From an uncultured cyanobacterium (lineage in GTDB: Bacteria; Cyanobacteriota; Cyanobacteriia; Phormidesmidales; Phormidesmidaceae): 64,000 nt of DNA. A program made the position numbers and the translations under genes. Within the stretch, counting starts at the first letter, position 1. Every line of letters starts with the position of its first letter. Below the pieces are notes generated by a model. The model ran no database searches and was not told the DNA's origin. It saw only the letters and a list, made by a program, of their open reading frames with translations. The stretch lies in the NCBI GenBank assembly GCA_963793265.1, contig CAWBZI010000002.1, forward strand, positions 224,001 to 288,000. Reading direction: 5' to 3'. Positions 27,988 through 38,319 of the stretch are shown piece by piece.

Positions 27988-29070
27988 TTACTGCCACCCT
28001 GCCCGGTCAACAATCTCATTTACCTCGGCATTGTTGCGTCCGTAAGAAGCCACGTTCACCTCATCTACCTTAAACTCGCCTAGCTCTGCCACAATTGGCT
28101 CAAGCTCTACGCCTGCGACCACCGGATACTCGTTGTTACTTTCAGCAAATATCTTCTGGGCCTCGTCGCTCACTAAGAACTCCATAAACCTGACGCCGTT
28201 CTCAGGATGGGGCGCACCCGCTACCAGTCCGATCCCGCTGATGTTTACGTGCGTACCACGGCTATTTTGGTTAGGGAAAAAGACGGCGGTTTTAGCGATC
28301 GCTGCTTGATCTGCCGGGTCATCAGACTTTGCCATCCGCGCCCAGTAGTAGTGATTTGCAATGGCCACATCGCACTGCCCGGCCGCCACCGCCTTAATTT
28401 GATCGACATCGCCACCCTCTGGCTGCCTAGCAAAATTCGCCACTAAGCCCTCAGCCCAGGTTTCCGTCGCCTCAGTCCCGTCAGTCTCAATCATCGAGCC
28501 CACCAGTGACTGGTTGTACACATTCCCCGAGCTGCGCACGCACACCCGGCCCTGCCACTTCGGATCGGCCAAATCTTCGTACGTAGAAAGCTCCGCAGGC
28601 GTCACATTGTCGGTGTTATACACCAGTACACGCGCCCGCGTTGTCAGGCCAAACCAGTTGCCATCAGGCTCTCGCAGCCCCTCAGGCACCCTACTATTCA
28701 AAACCTCCGAGTCTACCGGCTGAAAAATGCCCGCCTCCTGCGCTCGCCACAACCGGCCCGCATCTACCGCCACAAACACGTCTGCTGGGCTTTGAGCCCC
28801 TTCATTCTTAATCCGCTCAATCAGCTCATCCGGCTTCCCTTCAATCACATTCACCTGGATGCCCGTCTCAGTCGTAAAGTCCTCGTACAAAATCTCGTCT
28901 ACGTCGTAATGCCGCGCCGAATACAGGTTCACCACGTTCTCACCGCTGCTCGCCTGCGAGCCACTCTGGCCTGCTTCCTCACCAGATGGCTGACAGGCCA
29001 CAACCGCAACCGACATACACAGCGCCAGTCCCCATAGCTGCCGTCTGGTGAATTTCAAGGATCTCAACAT
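27988..29070 (-). CDS. futA: Fe(III) ABC transporter substrate-binding lipoprotein
   Basis: VNLYSARHY, SPADVF, WFGLTTRAR, YNQSL, ANHYY and HVNISG; lipobox VVAC. Confidence 0.92.
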   Translation of the reverse strand: MLRSLKFTRRQLWGLALCMSVAVVACQPSGEEAGQSGSQASSGENVVNLYSARHYDVDEILYEDFTTETGIQVNVIEGKPDELIERIKNEGAQSPADVFVAVDAGRLWRAQEAGIFQPVDSEVLNSRVPEGLREPDGNWFGLTTRARVLVYNTDNVTPAELSTYEDLADPKWQGRVCVRSSGNVYNQSLVGSMIETDGTEATETWAEGLVANFARQPEGGDVDQIKAVAAGQCDVAIANHYYWARMAKSDDPADQAAIAKTAVFFPNQNSRGTHVNISGIGLVAGAPHPENGVRFMEFLVSDEAQKIFAESNNEYPVVAGVELEPIVAELGEFKVDEVNVASYGRNNAEVNEIVDRAGWQ

Positions 29071-29087
29071 ATTTTCAACCGGGCCTT

Positions 29088-29117
29088 AATTATTGACTAT
29101 TGACAATAATTGCTACT
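29088..29117. promoter_or_regulatory. Putative Fur-binding region upstream of futA
   Basis: AATTATTG-N8-CAATAATT inverted repeat overlapping ATTGACAATAATTGCTACT, just upstream of the futA start. Confidence 0.6.
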
Positions 29118-29273
29118 AACAACTTCTCAAGTCTAGTACGAAACTCTCTTCTATTTCATGACACTCTTGTTATGAAATTTGGCCGATTCGACTCATTCGG
29201 ATAGCTAGGAACCTTTAAAAAAACCAAAAACCCTCTAAAATGATTTGGATTTATCGAGCCTCCCAGGTGCCCT

Positions 29274-32200
29274 ATGCCTCGTCGAAGTGACCTCAAAAAA
29301 ATAATGCTCATCGGCTCAGGCCCTATCGTGATTGGCCAAGCCTGCGAGTTTGACTACTCAGGCACTCAGGCATGTAAGGCGCTCCGTGAGGAAGGCTATG
29401 AGGTCGTGTTGGTAAACTCCAACCCAGCGACAATCATGACCGATCCAGAAATCGCGGATCGTACCTATATAGAGCCGCTGACCCCAGCCGTGTTAGAGCA
29501 AATCATTGCTCAAGAAAAGCCAGATGCGCTGCTGCCGACGATGGGAGGGCAAACGGCGCTGAATTTGGCCGTAGATCTGGCAAAAAGCGGCGCGCTCGAA
29601 AAGCATGGCGTGGAGCTAATTGGGGCAAAGCTAGAGGCGATTGAGAAAGCCGAAGACCGCAAGCTCTTTAAAGAAGCCATGGTCAAAATTGGCGTGGGCG
29701 TGTGCCCGTCTGGTTTGGCAGAAACCATGGACGAAGCAAAAGCGATTGGTAAGCAGATCGGCAGCTATCCGCTGATTATTCGTCCTGCTTTCACTATGGG
29801 CGGCAGCGGCGGCGGCATCGCCTACAACCAGGAAGAGTTCTATACCATCTGTAACTCTGGGTTAGAGGCCAGCCCCGTCTCGCAGATCCTAATTGAGCAG
29901 TCTCTGCTTGGCTGGAAAGAGTACGAGCTAGAGGTGATGCGCGATCTGGCCGATAACGTAGTGATTATCTGCTCGATTGAAAATATTGATCCGATGGGCG
30001 TTCATACGGGCGATTCGATTACCGTTGCGCCTGCTCAAACGCTGACTGACAAAGAATATCAGCGCCTCCGCGATGCCTCGATTAAGATCATTCGTGAAAT
30101 CGGTGTAGAAACAGGCGGCTCTAACATTCAGTTTTCGGTGAACCCCGAAAATGGCGATGTGGTGGTCATTGAAATGAATCCTCGCGTCTCTCGCAGCTCG
30201 GCTCTAGCCTCCAAAGCCACTGGCTTCCCGATCGCTAAATTCGCCGCAAAGCTCGCTGTGGGCTATCGCCTTAACGAAATTTCTAACGACATCACTGAAA
30301 AAACGCCCGCTAGCTTTGAGCCTACGATCGACTACGTAGTGACTAAAGTTCCGCGTTTTGCCTTCGAGAAGTTTGCAGGCGCGTCGTCTACCCTCACGAC
30401 TCAAATGAAGTCAGTTGGTGAGGCAATGGCGATTGGTCGCACCTTTAACGAGTCTTTTCAAAAGGCGCTGCGATCGCTCGAAACCGGTCGTGCAGGCTGG
30501 GGCTGCGACGGCCCCGAAAAACTCCCCACCCTTTCCCAAGTCCGCTCTGATCTGCGCCGCCCCCATCCCGAGCGCATTTTTGCCATTCGCCACGCCATGC
30601 AGCTCGGCCTTACTGTTGAAGAAATTTACGAACTCACCGCCATTGACCCGTGGTTCTTAGATAAATTCAAAGCGCTGCTAACGGTTGAAAAATTCATCAA
30701 GCGTACGCCGCTGCCCGATGTCACTAAAGCGCAAATGCTCGCGATTAAGCAGGAGGGCTTTAGCGATAAGCAAATTGCCTTTGCGGCTAAGACCACCGAA
30801 GATACTGTGCGTGACACTCGCAAATCGCTTGGCATAGTTCCGGTGTACAAAATGGTAGACACCTGCGCTGCTGAATTCGAGTCCACCACGCCCTACTACT
30901 ATTCTGCCTACGAAGAAGAGAGCGAAGTGCTGCCTTCTGATCGTCGCAAGGTGATGATCCTCGGCGGTGGCCCTAACCGAATTGGGCAGGGGATTGAGTT
31001 TGACTACTGCTGCTGTCATGCCTCTTTTGCGCTGCAAGACGATGACTATGAGACGATCATGGTGAACTCGAATCCTGAGACGGTTTCGACTGACTATGAT
31101 ACGAGCGATCGCCTCTATTTTGAGCCGCTGACTAAAGAAGACGTGCTCAACATTATCGAAGCTGAAAACCCCGACGGTGTGATCATTCAGTTTGGCGGAC
31201 AAACGCCGCTGAAGCTCGCCGTGCCGATTCAAGCCTATTTACAGGCACTCAGCGAAGATTCTGAGATCAAAACGAAGATTTGGGGCACTTCTCCTGATGC
31301 AATCGACGCTGCTGAAGACCGTGAGCGTTTTGAGGCGATCTTAAGAGAGCTTGATATCCGCCAGCCGCCTAATGGTTTGGCGCGTAGCTATGATGAGTCG
31401 TTAGCGATCGCTCAAAAAATCGACTACCCCGTCGTCGTCCGCCCCAGCTACGTCCTCGGCGGCAGAGCCATGGAAATTGTCTACTCTGATGCCGACCTTA
31501 AGCGCTACATGACCACGGCTGTCCAGGTCGAACCCGATCATCCCATCCTGATCGACAAATTCCTCGAAAACGCCGTAGAAGTAGACGTAGACGCCGTATG
31601 TGACCAGACCGGCCAAGTTGTTATCGGCGGCATTATGGAACACATTGAACAAGCAGGCATCCACTCTGGTGACTCCGCCTGTTCTCTCCCGACCGTTACG
31701 CTCTCTGAAGCCGCGCTGTCCACCATTCGCGACTGGACAGTCAAGCTTGCCAAGCGCCTCAAAGTCATCGGTCTGATGAACATTCAATACGCCATCCAAG
31801 GCGATCAGGTGTTCATCATCGAAGCCAACCCCCGCGCTTCTCGCACCGTGCCCTTTGTTTCCAAAACCACCGGAGCCCCGCTGGCCCAAATTGCCGTTCG
31901 CGTTATGTCAGGCAAAACGCTGGCCGAACTCGGCTACACCGAAGAGATCATTCCTCAGCACACCGCTGTCAAAGAAGCCGTTTTTCCCTTCAATAAGTTC
32001 CCTGGCACCGACATTCTACTTGGCCCTGAAATGCGCTCCACCGGAGAAGTCATGGGTATCGACACCAGCTTCGGCCTGGCCTATGCAAAGGCTGAACTTG
32101 CCGCCGGGCAGCATCTCCCCGACTCAGGCACCGTCTTCATCTCCGTCAACGACCGCGACAAGCCCGCCGTTATCCCTATCGCCCAAGGCTTTGCCGACTT

Positions 32201-32522
32201 AGGCTTTAGCCTTCTCGCCACTGGCGGCACCCACAAAGCGCTCAAAGACGCAGGCATTCCAGTCGAACTCACCCTCAAAATTCACGAGGGCCGCCCTCAC
32301 GTAGGCGACGCCCTCAAAAACCAGCTCATCAATCTTGTCGTCAACTCGCCCATTGGCATCGCCGCCCAAGAAGACGACCGCATCATCCGCCGTAGCGCCC
32401 TGGAATACAAAATCCCGATTGTTACCACCATCGCCGGAGCTAAAGCTACCTTATCTGCAATCCAATCACTTCGAGAAAACAAAATCACCGTCAAGGCCCT
32501 TCAAGACTATTTGAAACCATAG
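29274..32522 (+). CDS. carB: Carbamoyl-phosphate synthase large subunit
   Basis: [59 protein letters not shown], duplicated ATP-grasp halves and an MGS tail; 1082 aa. Confidence 0.99.
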   Translation: MPRRSDLKKIMLIGSGPIVIGQACEFDYSGTQACKALREEGYEVVLVNSNPATIMTDPEIADRTYIEPLTPAVLEQIIAQEKPDALLPTMGGQTALNLAVDLAKSGALEKHGVELIGAKLEAIEKAEDRKLFKEAMVKIGVGVCPSGLAETMDEAKAIGKQIGSYPLIIRPAFTMGGSGGGIAYNQEEFYTICNSGLEASPVSQILIEQSLLGWKEYELEVMRDLADNVVIICSIENIDPMGVHTGDSITVAPAQTLTDKEYQRLRDASIKIIREIGVETGGSNIQFSVNPENGDVVVIEMNPRVSRSSALASKATGFPIAKFAAKLAVGYRLNEISNDITEKTPASFEPTIDYVVTKVPRFAFEKFAGASSTLTTQMKSVGEAMAIGRTFNESFQKALRSLETGRAGWGCDGPEKLPTLSQVRSDLRRPHPERIFAIRHAMQLGLTVEEIYELTAIDPWFLDKFKALLTVEKFIKRTPLPDVTKAQMLAIKQEGFSDKQIAFAAKTTEDTVRDTRKSLGIVPVYKMVDTCAAEFESTTPYYYSAYEEESEVLPSDRRKVMILGGGPNRIGQGIEFDYCCCHASFALQDDDYETIMVNSNPETVSTDYDTSDRLYFEPLTKEDVLNIIEAENPDGVIIQFGGQTPLKLAVPIQAYLQALSEDSEIKTKIWGTSPDAIDAAEDRERFEAILRELDIRQPPNGLARSYDESLAIAQKIDYPVVVRPSYVLGGRAMEIVYSDADLKRYMTTAVQVEPDHPILIDKFLENAVEVDVDAVCDQTGQVVIGGIMEHIEQAGIHSGDSACSLPTVTLSEAALSTIRDWTVKLAKRLKVIGLMNIQYAIQGDQVFIIEANPRASRTVPFVSKTTGAPLAQIAVRVMSGKTLAELGYTEEIIPQHTAVKEAVFPFNKFPGTDILLGPEMRSTGEVMGIDTSFGLAYAKAELAAGQHLPDSGTVFISVNDRDKPAVIPIAQGFADLGFSLLATGGTHKALKDAGIPVELTLKIHEGRPHVGDALKNQLINLVVNSPIGIAAQEDDRIIRRSALEYKIPIVTTIAGAKATLSAIQSLRENKITVKALQDYLKP

Positions 32523-32539
32523 GAACCAAAGAAAGAAAC

Positions 32540-32752
32540 TTATGAAAGCTTAATACCTGATTGTTTCTCGATAGATTTCAAGGTGCCTATAGGAATCACT
32601 TTACTGCTGTGAATTGGCACAATTGCAGTACGCCTTGTTTCTGCGTTAAACAGCTTCAGGTGCGAACCGCTCTGCGAGGCTTCGACAAACCCAGCGGCCT
32701 TGAGCTGTTTGACAACTTGCTTAGCAGTTAGCCGAGGCGTTCTAGATGACAT
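32540..32752 (-). CDS. hicA: HicA-family toxin
   Basis: LKAAGF...SGSH...IVPIH...IPIGTLKSIEKQSG. Confidence 0.9.
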   Translation of the reverse strand: MSSRTPRLTAKQVVKQLKAAGFVEASQSGSHLKLFNAETRRTAIVPIHSSKVIPIGTLKSIEKQSGIKLS

Positions 32753-32762
32753 ATCAACAACG

Positions 32763-32972
32763 CTAAAGGGCCAATTGCATAACTTCAGCAGGAGGTTGCA
32801 TATCCAATAGATGCTCAGGAATGGGCTCTAGCATAAGCTGAATGGCATCTTTAAGATTTTCTATAGCCTCCTCCCGCGTCTCTCCGAAAGAAGAAACAAA
32901 ATTCAGCTCTGGGCAAGTAGCTGAATATGACTGCGCTTCGTCGTCCCATTCCAAAATTGCTCGAACTGTCAC
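32763..32972 (-). CDS. hicB: Short HicB-family antitoxin
   Basis: YSATCPELNFVSSFGETREEAIENLKDAI; 69 aa with no DNA-binding domain. Confidence 0.88.
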   Translation of the reverse strand: MTVRAILEWDDEAQSYSATCPELNFVSSFGETREEAIENLKDAIQLMLEPIPEHLLDMQPPAEVMQLAL

Positions 32973-33021
32973 TAGCTTGTTTCCTCTGCTGCGTTAGTCA
33001 ACAGATTCATGATAGCAGCAC

Positions 33022-33057
33022 AAAAAAACTCCCTAGCATCCAAAAGACGCTAGGGAG
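33022..33057 (-). terminator. Intrinsic terminator of the PEP-CTERM gene
   Basis: CTCCCTAGC...GCTAGGGAG stem followed by T7 on the minus strand. Confidence 0.8.
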
Positions 33058-33094
33058 CAAGTAACCTACTCAAACTTAAAAACTTATATCGGCT

Positions 33095-33949
33095 TTATGC
33101 CATACGACGACGCAGGCGAGCCGACAGCAGACCAAACGCAGCTAGACCGAGCAGTGCGCCAGGCTCCGGTACATCCTGGGCAAAGTCTCCTGAGATGGCA
33201 ATGCCGTCATTCGCGCACTCTTCTAACAAGTGAGCGATATACGATGCGTTGGTTGGCAGTAGCGAGCGGTCAAACTTGAAGGTGATTTGCTCGGTGCCTG
33301 TTGCATTGAAGTGAGCAAAATCTAAACCTGCTGTAGAGGCGTCTTGAGCATTTACAAAGTCAATACTGCCTAAGCGATCACCCCCATCAATTACGTTCTT
33401 AATCTGCGTATTTTGGCCGGTTGTATTGCCCGCATAGTAGCTATACACGCTCTCTTTTGTTGAAAAGTCTGTACCCCAAGAATTCTCTCTTTCAAATCCT
33501 GCCTGGTAGTAACCTTTCAAAGTATTGTAGCCTGCATTCTGCGCGCCAACGCCTTTGGCCGATACGCTACCATACACCCCTGTTTGAGCAACGCCTGAAT
33601 CTGTTCTAGTCGCAAACTTAACTGCAAACAAGCTGCTGTTTGCGCTCGCATCGTTGAAAGTGCCGCTGCCAAAATCAAAGAATAAATCGCCCCAGCCTAC
33701 GTTGTTGTTAGTGGCACTGTTGTTCGTAACGCCCGCTAGTGGAAGGTTAGCGCTAATCGACACGTAGATATTTTCAGCAGTCTCTTTGATTGCCAAACCC
33801 TTGATGTCGTAAACAGAACCGCCTGACGAATCACCGAATGCATCAACGCTGTAGTTCCAGCCCTGATGCAGTTGCCCGGCCTGTGCAGCCTGCGTACCCG
33901 CTAGGCTCAAAGCTACGGTTCCAGCAACTAAAACAGTTTTCTTAAACAT
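33095..33949 (-). CDS. PEP-CTERM exosortase-dependent surface protein (XDD3-like)
   Basis: Signal peptide ending AAQA and C-terminal VPEPGALLGLAAFGLLSARLRRR. The XDD3 label is from recollection of the GQLxxGWNY/WGDLF/ECANDG motifs. Confidence 0.85.
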   Translation of the reverse strand: MFKKTVLVAGTVALSLAGTQAAQAGQLHQGWNYSVDAFGDSSGGSVYDIKGLAIKETAENIYVSISANLPLAGVTNNSATNNNVGWGDLFFDFGSGTFNDASANSSLFAVKFATRTDSGVAQTGVYGSVSAKGVGAQNAGYNTLKGYYQAGFERENSWGTDFSTKESVYSYYAGNTTGQNTQIKNVIDGGDRLGSIDFVNAQDASTAGLDFAHFNATGTEQITFKFDRSLLPTNASYIAHLLEECANDGIAISGDFAQDVPEPGALLGLAAFGLLSARLRRRMA

Positions 33950-34221
33950 GAGCAAACCCCTTTTCCTTAGTAGAATTGCGGAACGCTTTATTGTTTATCC
34001 CTCAGTGTTTTCCGCTGAGTTTCGGTATAAACAACTACGTTTCGCTTGTCTTACTGTTGTATTCACGCAGACTCTTAGGTGATAAGGGTGCTAGCAATCA
34101 GTTTGCAATCACTTTATAAATCACGTGAATATGTAAGGAAGCTAGGAACTTTGTTCTATAGGTGTTAGTCTGCTGGAAATTTTCTTGATTTTGGAGGGCG
34201 TAAGGTCTTGCGCCCTTACGG

Positions 34222-34884
34222 TTATGCAGGCAGACCCCAGTGTGTCGGAGCAAAGTCGGCTAGTCTCGGAAGTATTTCGTCAGCCTGCTGATAGAGTTCG
34301 CGGTTCATGTGTGCAGCGGGCACGGCGACAACAAACATGCCAGCCGCTTTAGCGGCTTTTACCCCTGCTGGAGAATCTTCAAATACCAAACATGTCGCGG
34401 GATCGGCCTTTAGCCGTGTTGCAGCCACTAAGAAGCTATCGGGTGCGGGCTTGCTGCGTTTAACCGCTGGATCGCTGCCTAGCACAATGGCGTCAAACGT
34501 CGCTAGCCAGTCTTGATAGCGCTGCGTTTTGAGGTTGAATGTAACGGCTGCTGAACTGGTGGCGATCGCCTGCGGCACCCCCAAATCATAAAACCGCTGC
34601 GTCATCACCCTTGCGCCCGGCATCGGCATGGCCTCAGGCAGCATGTCATAAATCAGCTCATCCCTGGCCGCCAGGTGCTCCTCAGCCGTCAGCGGCAAAT
34701 CCAAATCATCCACTAAAATCTGGGCGCAGTCCATCGCCTGCCGCCCCATAATTTTGCGATGCAGAGCGGGCGTAAATGTCTTGCCATAACGGCTGGCGAT
34801 CATCTCATTCACCCGGCAGTAAATCGGCTCTGTGTCTAGCAGCAGCCCGTCAAAGTCGTAAATAAGATGGGTGATTTTTGGCAT
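34222..34884 (-). CDS. HAD-superfamily phosphatase (GS1/HDHD1-like)
   Basis: IYDFDGLLLDTE, AIATSS, KPAPD and VFEDSPAG. Confidence 0.92.
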   Translation of the reverse strand: MPKITHLIYDFDGLLLDTEPIYCRVNEMIASRYGKTFTPALHRKIMGRQAMDCAQILVDDLDLPLTAEEHLAARDELIYDMLPEAMPMPGARVMTQRFYDLGVPQAIATSSAAVTFNLKTQRYQDWLATFDAIVLGSDPAVKRSKPAPDSFLVAATRLKADPATCLVFEDSPAGVKAAKAAGMFVVAVPAAHMNRELYQQADEILPRLADFAPTHWGLPA

Positions 34885-34968
34885 GTTCCTCGCAGCACGT
34901 AAGCTCTGGCAATTTTGCTATTAACTATGCCACGAGTCGCGCAAGCCCGCCGTTATCAGCCAACCAGT

Positions 34969-37900
34969 CTAAAAAGATAGCTGAATGCCGCCATCTATCA
35001 TCACGCCGTCATTATCGCTCCAGGTGTCTTGCATCCGAACATACAGGCCCGGCCCTTTAGATCGCCCAGTTCCTACCGTTTCCACAATGCGTTCCGGCTG
35101 AGCAGTGCCGCCTGCATCCGTACGAACCTCTGTTACAAACTGATTTACCGGCACCGCCACCATTTCTCCATTGGCTGCTGTCATCATTTCGACGACCGGC
35201 TCGCCGTTAGCATCTATCACTGGCTCTGTTTTATAAAGAGGGACAGCCTCGCCTGCTAAGTTGTACTGATAAGCTGCCCGCTGCCGTTCGCCAAAGGGAT
35301 GAAAAATGGCTGAGGCCCGCCAGCCTGCGCTAGTGCCTTCGCGATCGCGCCCAAAGAGCGTATTTTTTAAAAACAGCTCGGCCCGCAGCGTATTTGCCGC
35401 TGGCGTCCAAGGCGTATTGCCAAAGTTGAAGACACCGCCAAACGCAATTTCTCCGTCTACCGGCGCAGCATTCGCATAGCTATCGGTATCTGTGGTTGTG
35501 TCGGCTTCGACAATATCGGTGCGAGTACTCAGCGTTTCTATTACCTCTTCAGTCGTTGACTCGACCAAAACTTCCTCACCCGTTTGAGTGATGGTGGTTG
35601 TGTCTATATCCCGGCGCTCTGGATCAAACAGCACGGTTGAGGTGGGAGAAAAGGTGGGGTTCTCTAGCAAACCCTCGGTATTGATTTCAAAGGTCGCGGT
35701 GCCGGTTCGCTGCGATCGCTCGGTCGTCTCTACAGTTGTCGTCTCAATCTGTGAGGCAGGCGTGGAGAATATATTGATTGTCTCTAGCGATCGCCGCTGG
35801 TCGGTCGCTGTTGATATCGTAGAACGCCGCCGAGTGACCGTATCTTGCTGGTTGCCAATGCCGCCAGTGAGCGAAGCGCCTACATAGAGGCCGAAGGCTC
35901 TGGTCGTACGTGCGTATGCTCTTTGTCCGCCATCAGAAGCCAAAATTGGATAGATCTCATTGCCGACGCGTGCGTCTGCTTCACCCGGATCGTCCAAATC
36001 GACGGTTGAAGTGCGATCGCCGCTTAAAAACTCCGTATATAGTCCTTGAATGCCGTTAAACACAGCCGTCGCCGCATTCTGAGCGGCGATGGTATCTTCT
36101 ACCGCGTACACTTCTTCAGCCTCTTTTAAAAAGTTCTGCGGCTGCTGATCGGCTGAGATAATCCGAAAGCCACCCTCGACGATCTGATAGCCTTCCGCGC
36201 CGCCTTCTACGCCTTGAGTCACCTCGTAGGTTTGCCCGACCCGCAGGTTTTGGTCTGGCTGCTGCGGCACCAGCGCGTAGATTGCGCGCCTCGCCTCGCC
36301 TGGCGCTAGTGAAATTGGTTCACGCGCATACTCATCACTATCCCACTGCGGCACAAACACCATTTCACCGCCTACTTGCTCAATTAGCAGTCCGCCTACA
36401 TTGCGCGTATAGGCCGAATTTCCCACACCCACGCGCCAGGGATTTGGGGGGGCAATCATCACTGCCGAGTTAGTCGGAAGCTGAAAAACGCCGTTATCCG
36501 AGCTGAGCTGCTCGCCTTTAATCACCTCGCCTGAGCGATCGGGCACATAGCCCACCAGCCGCCGATTGTTGAACAAGCCGGTTGGCTCTAGCAGGCGATC
36601 CGACTGCCCGGTCTGAACGTCATTGCCCAAAGCATCTGTAGCCAGCCGATGCGTCCGGCTCAAAAACTGCGTTACGCTAACCGAGCCTACTAAACCCGCC
36701 TCGCCATCGCCCACAAAAGGATTGAACGTTAGCTCTCCTGACAATAAAGTCGGCGGTGCGCTCGGATTTTCAACCAGCGGCGCAAGCTGCCCGGCCGCGC
36801 TAAACCCGTCGCTTCCGGCCCTGATTTGCCCTGTACCGGCATAGCGGTTATACACAAGCTGCTCGCCCGCCTCAGTTCGCACGCCCACCGCATGAGTCAG
36901 CCGTGCTGCCGATAGCTCAGGAATCTCCACCCGCCCTCGATCAATCTCTTCTAAAACAATATCTTCAACCGTCTCAATCGTTTCTATCTCACCCTCTTCT
37001 ACCAGCAGCTCTCGCCTGATCTCGGGTTCTAGCAACGTCTCGTCCGTTCGCGTTGAAAACGTAACGTTGACATCATCTTCAATTGCGATCGCCTCTCCTA
37101 CACCCATCCGCACGTTTAGATAGTCACCGTCATTAAAGTCTTTGTCGCCGCCGCCCTGCAAATCTTCAACAATCAAATTGCCACTAGCATCAAAGTAAGC
37201 CCCAGACTCGGTTGCCGCCGCATTGTCACTACGCAAATTAAGGAGCTGAATTTCTATCCGCTCACCCTCTTCGTAAGTGACGAACAAAGATTCTGTTGTA
37301 TTTAAAAGCTGACCATCTGGCCCGCGTGTCACACCGTCTCCTCTTACAAAGGCGCGCGTTACTGGCTGACCATTGCCATCGACAACACTTGCACCCGGAA
37401 CAACATTACCGTCAGTATCTAACACCCTCACTTCAATACCTTCACCAAAGGCATGGTTGCCTACATCCTGGTTCAAGTTCAGCTCGGTCGTCACGTTTAC
37501 CGAGCCGTTCTGTAGCGTAAACGTTGGGCCAGCAGCGCCACTGTTGATCACACTGCCAAAATTCTCTCGAATGTAGTCTAAGTCAGTGCCTAAGATAACG
37601 CTGTTGGGCGCAAGCGTTCCGTCAGTAGTCGTTGGAATCGTCTGACCTGAGGCCGTTCCAGCCGGTACGTCTACCGGCAGTGGAATGCTCGAATTATTGG
37701 TTAAGTCTCCGGTATCGATAGTGTAGGCGTTGCGATTGACGCTCACGCCACCTGTATTGGCATCGCGATTTACCACCGCTTGAGCCTGCACCTCTTTATG
37801 TCCTGCAATCGCTAATCCGCCGGTCAGCAACAGCACCCTCATCAGCTTGTTCAACTGAGTATTGTCTTTGTGAAGCGCTTCATGAAGCATCCCTAGTTTC

Positions 37901-38007
37901 AAGGGATGCGCTGCTCGCGACGAGGCAACTTCTAACAGAGCCGTTGATGGAGCCACTGATGAGGATGTTGATGAAGCAGTGCGTTTGCTTGGCACAGGCG
38001 TTTTCAT
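34969..38007 (-). CDS. Large secreted/outer-membrane protein of unknown function, paralog 1 of 4
   Basis: 1012-aa ORF with signal-like ...LLLTGGLAIAG...VQAQ (true start may be downstream), EDLQGGGDKDFNDGDY and C-terminal GGIQLSF; motifs collinear with the three neighbours. Confidence 0.85.
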   Translation of the reverse strand: MKTPVPSKRTASSTSSSVAPSTALLEVASSRAAHPLKLGMLHEALHKDNTQLNKLMRVLLLTGGLAIAGHKEVQAQAVVNRDANTGGVSVNRNAYTIDTGDLTNNSSIPLPVDVPAGTASGQTIPTTTDGTLAPNSVILGTDLDYIRENFGSVINSGAAGPTFTLQNGSVNVTTELNLNQDVGNHAFGEGIEVRVLDTDGNVVPGASVVDGNGQPVTRAFVRGDGVTRGPDGQLLNTTESLFVTYEEGERIEIQLLNLRSDNAAATESGAYFDASGNLIVEDLQGGGDKDFNDGDYLNVRMGVGEAIAIEDDVNVTFSTRTDETLLEPEIRRELLVEEGEIETIETVEDIVLEEIDRGRVEIPELSAARLTHAVGVRTEAGEQLVYNRYAGTGQIRAGSDGFSAAGQLAPLVENPSAPPTLLSGELTFNPFVGDGEAGLVGSVSVTQFLSRTHRLATDALGNDVQTGQSDRLLEPTGLFNNRRLVGYVPDRSGEVIKGEQLSSDNGVFQLPTNSAVMIAPPNPWRVGVGNSAYTRNVGGLLIEQVGGEMVFVPQWDSDEYAREPISLAPGEARRAIYALVPQQPDQNLRVGQTYEVTQGVEGGAEGYQIVEGGFRIISADQQPQNFLKEAEEVYAVEDTIAAQNAATAVFNGIQGLYTEFLSGDRTSTVDLDDPGEADARVGNEIYPILASDGGQRAYARTTRAFGLYVGASLTGGIGNQQDTVTRRRSTISTATDQRRSLETINIFSTPASQIETTTVETTERSQRTGTATFEINTEGLLENPTFSPTSTVLFDPERRDIDTTTITQTGEEVLVESTTEEVIETLSTRTDIVEADTTTDTDSYANAAPVDGEIAFGGVFNFGNTPWTPAANTLRAELFLKNTLFGRDREGTSAGWRASAIFHPFGERQRAAYQYNLAGEAVPLYKTEPVIDANGEPVVEMMTAANGEMVAVPVNQFVTEVRTDAGGTAQPERIVETVGTGRSKGPGLYVRMQDTWSDNDGVMIDGGIQLSF

Positions 38008-38189
38008 ATTGATTTTGGTGATTGTTTCTCTACGCTTTCATAGGCAATCTTCTATTTCCTGTCTATGCTAAAAACTACGTATCAAAAAACTTTGAAACTT
38101 TATGTCGTTAAAATTGTTGTATAGGAAATTTCAAAAACTGCTGAAATTTCCTACAGTGATAGTGCAACAACAACAATGATCTAAATCAC

Positions 38190-38224
38190 AAAAAGCGCCT
38201 CTCTTTAACAAGAGAAGCGCTTTG
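38190..38224 (-). terminator. Intrinsic terminator after paralog 2
   Basis: AAAAAGCGCCTCTCTT...AAGAGAAGCGCTTT hairpin with A/T tails. Confidence 0.7.
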
Positions 38225-38227
38225 AGA

Positions 38228-38270
38228 CTCTATTCCAATCAGCTCTATTCCAATCAGCTCTACTTCAATC
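38228..38270. repeat. 15-bp tandem repeat CTCTATTCCAATCAG, about 2.9 copies
   Basis: Two exact copies and a degenerate third (CTCTACTTCAATC). Confidence 0.8.
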
Positions 38271-38319
38271 GTAAGTGCGCGTTTAGAGCCTGCTTGCAAA
38301 CGCGGGCGGGCCTTAGCCC

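Noticed and set aside
29164..29180. CTTGTTATGAAAT as another GntR operator before carB
   Set aside because: Only one half-site matches the palindrome.
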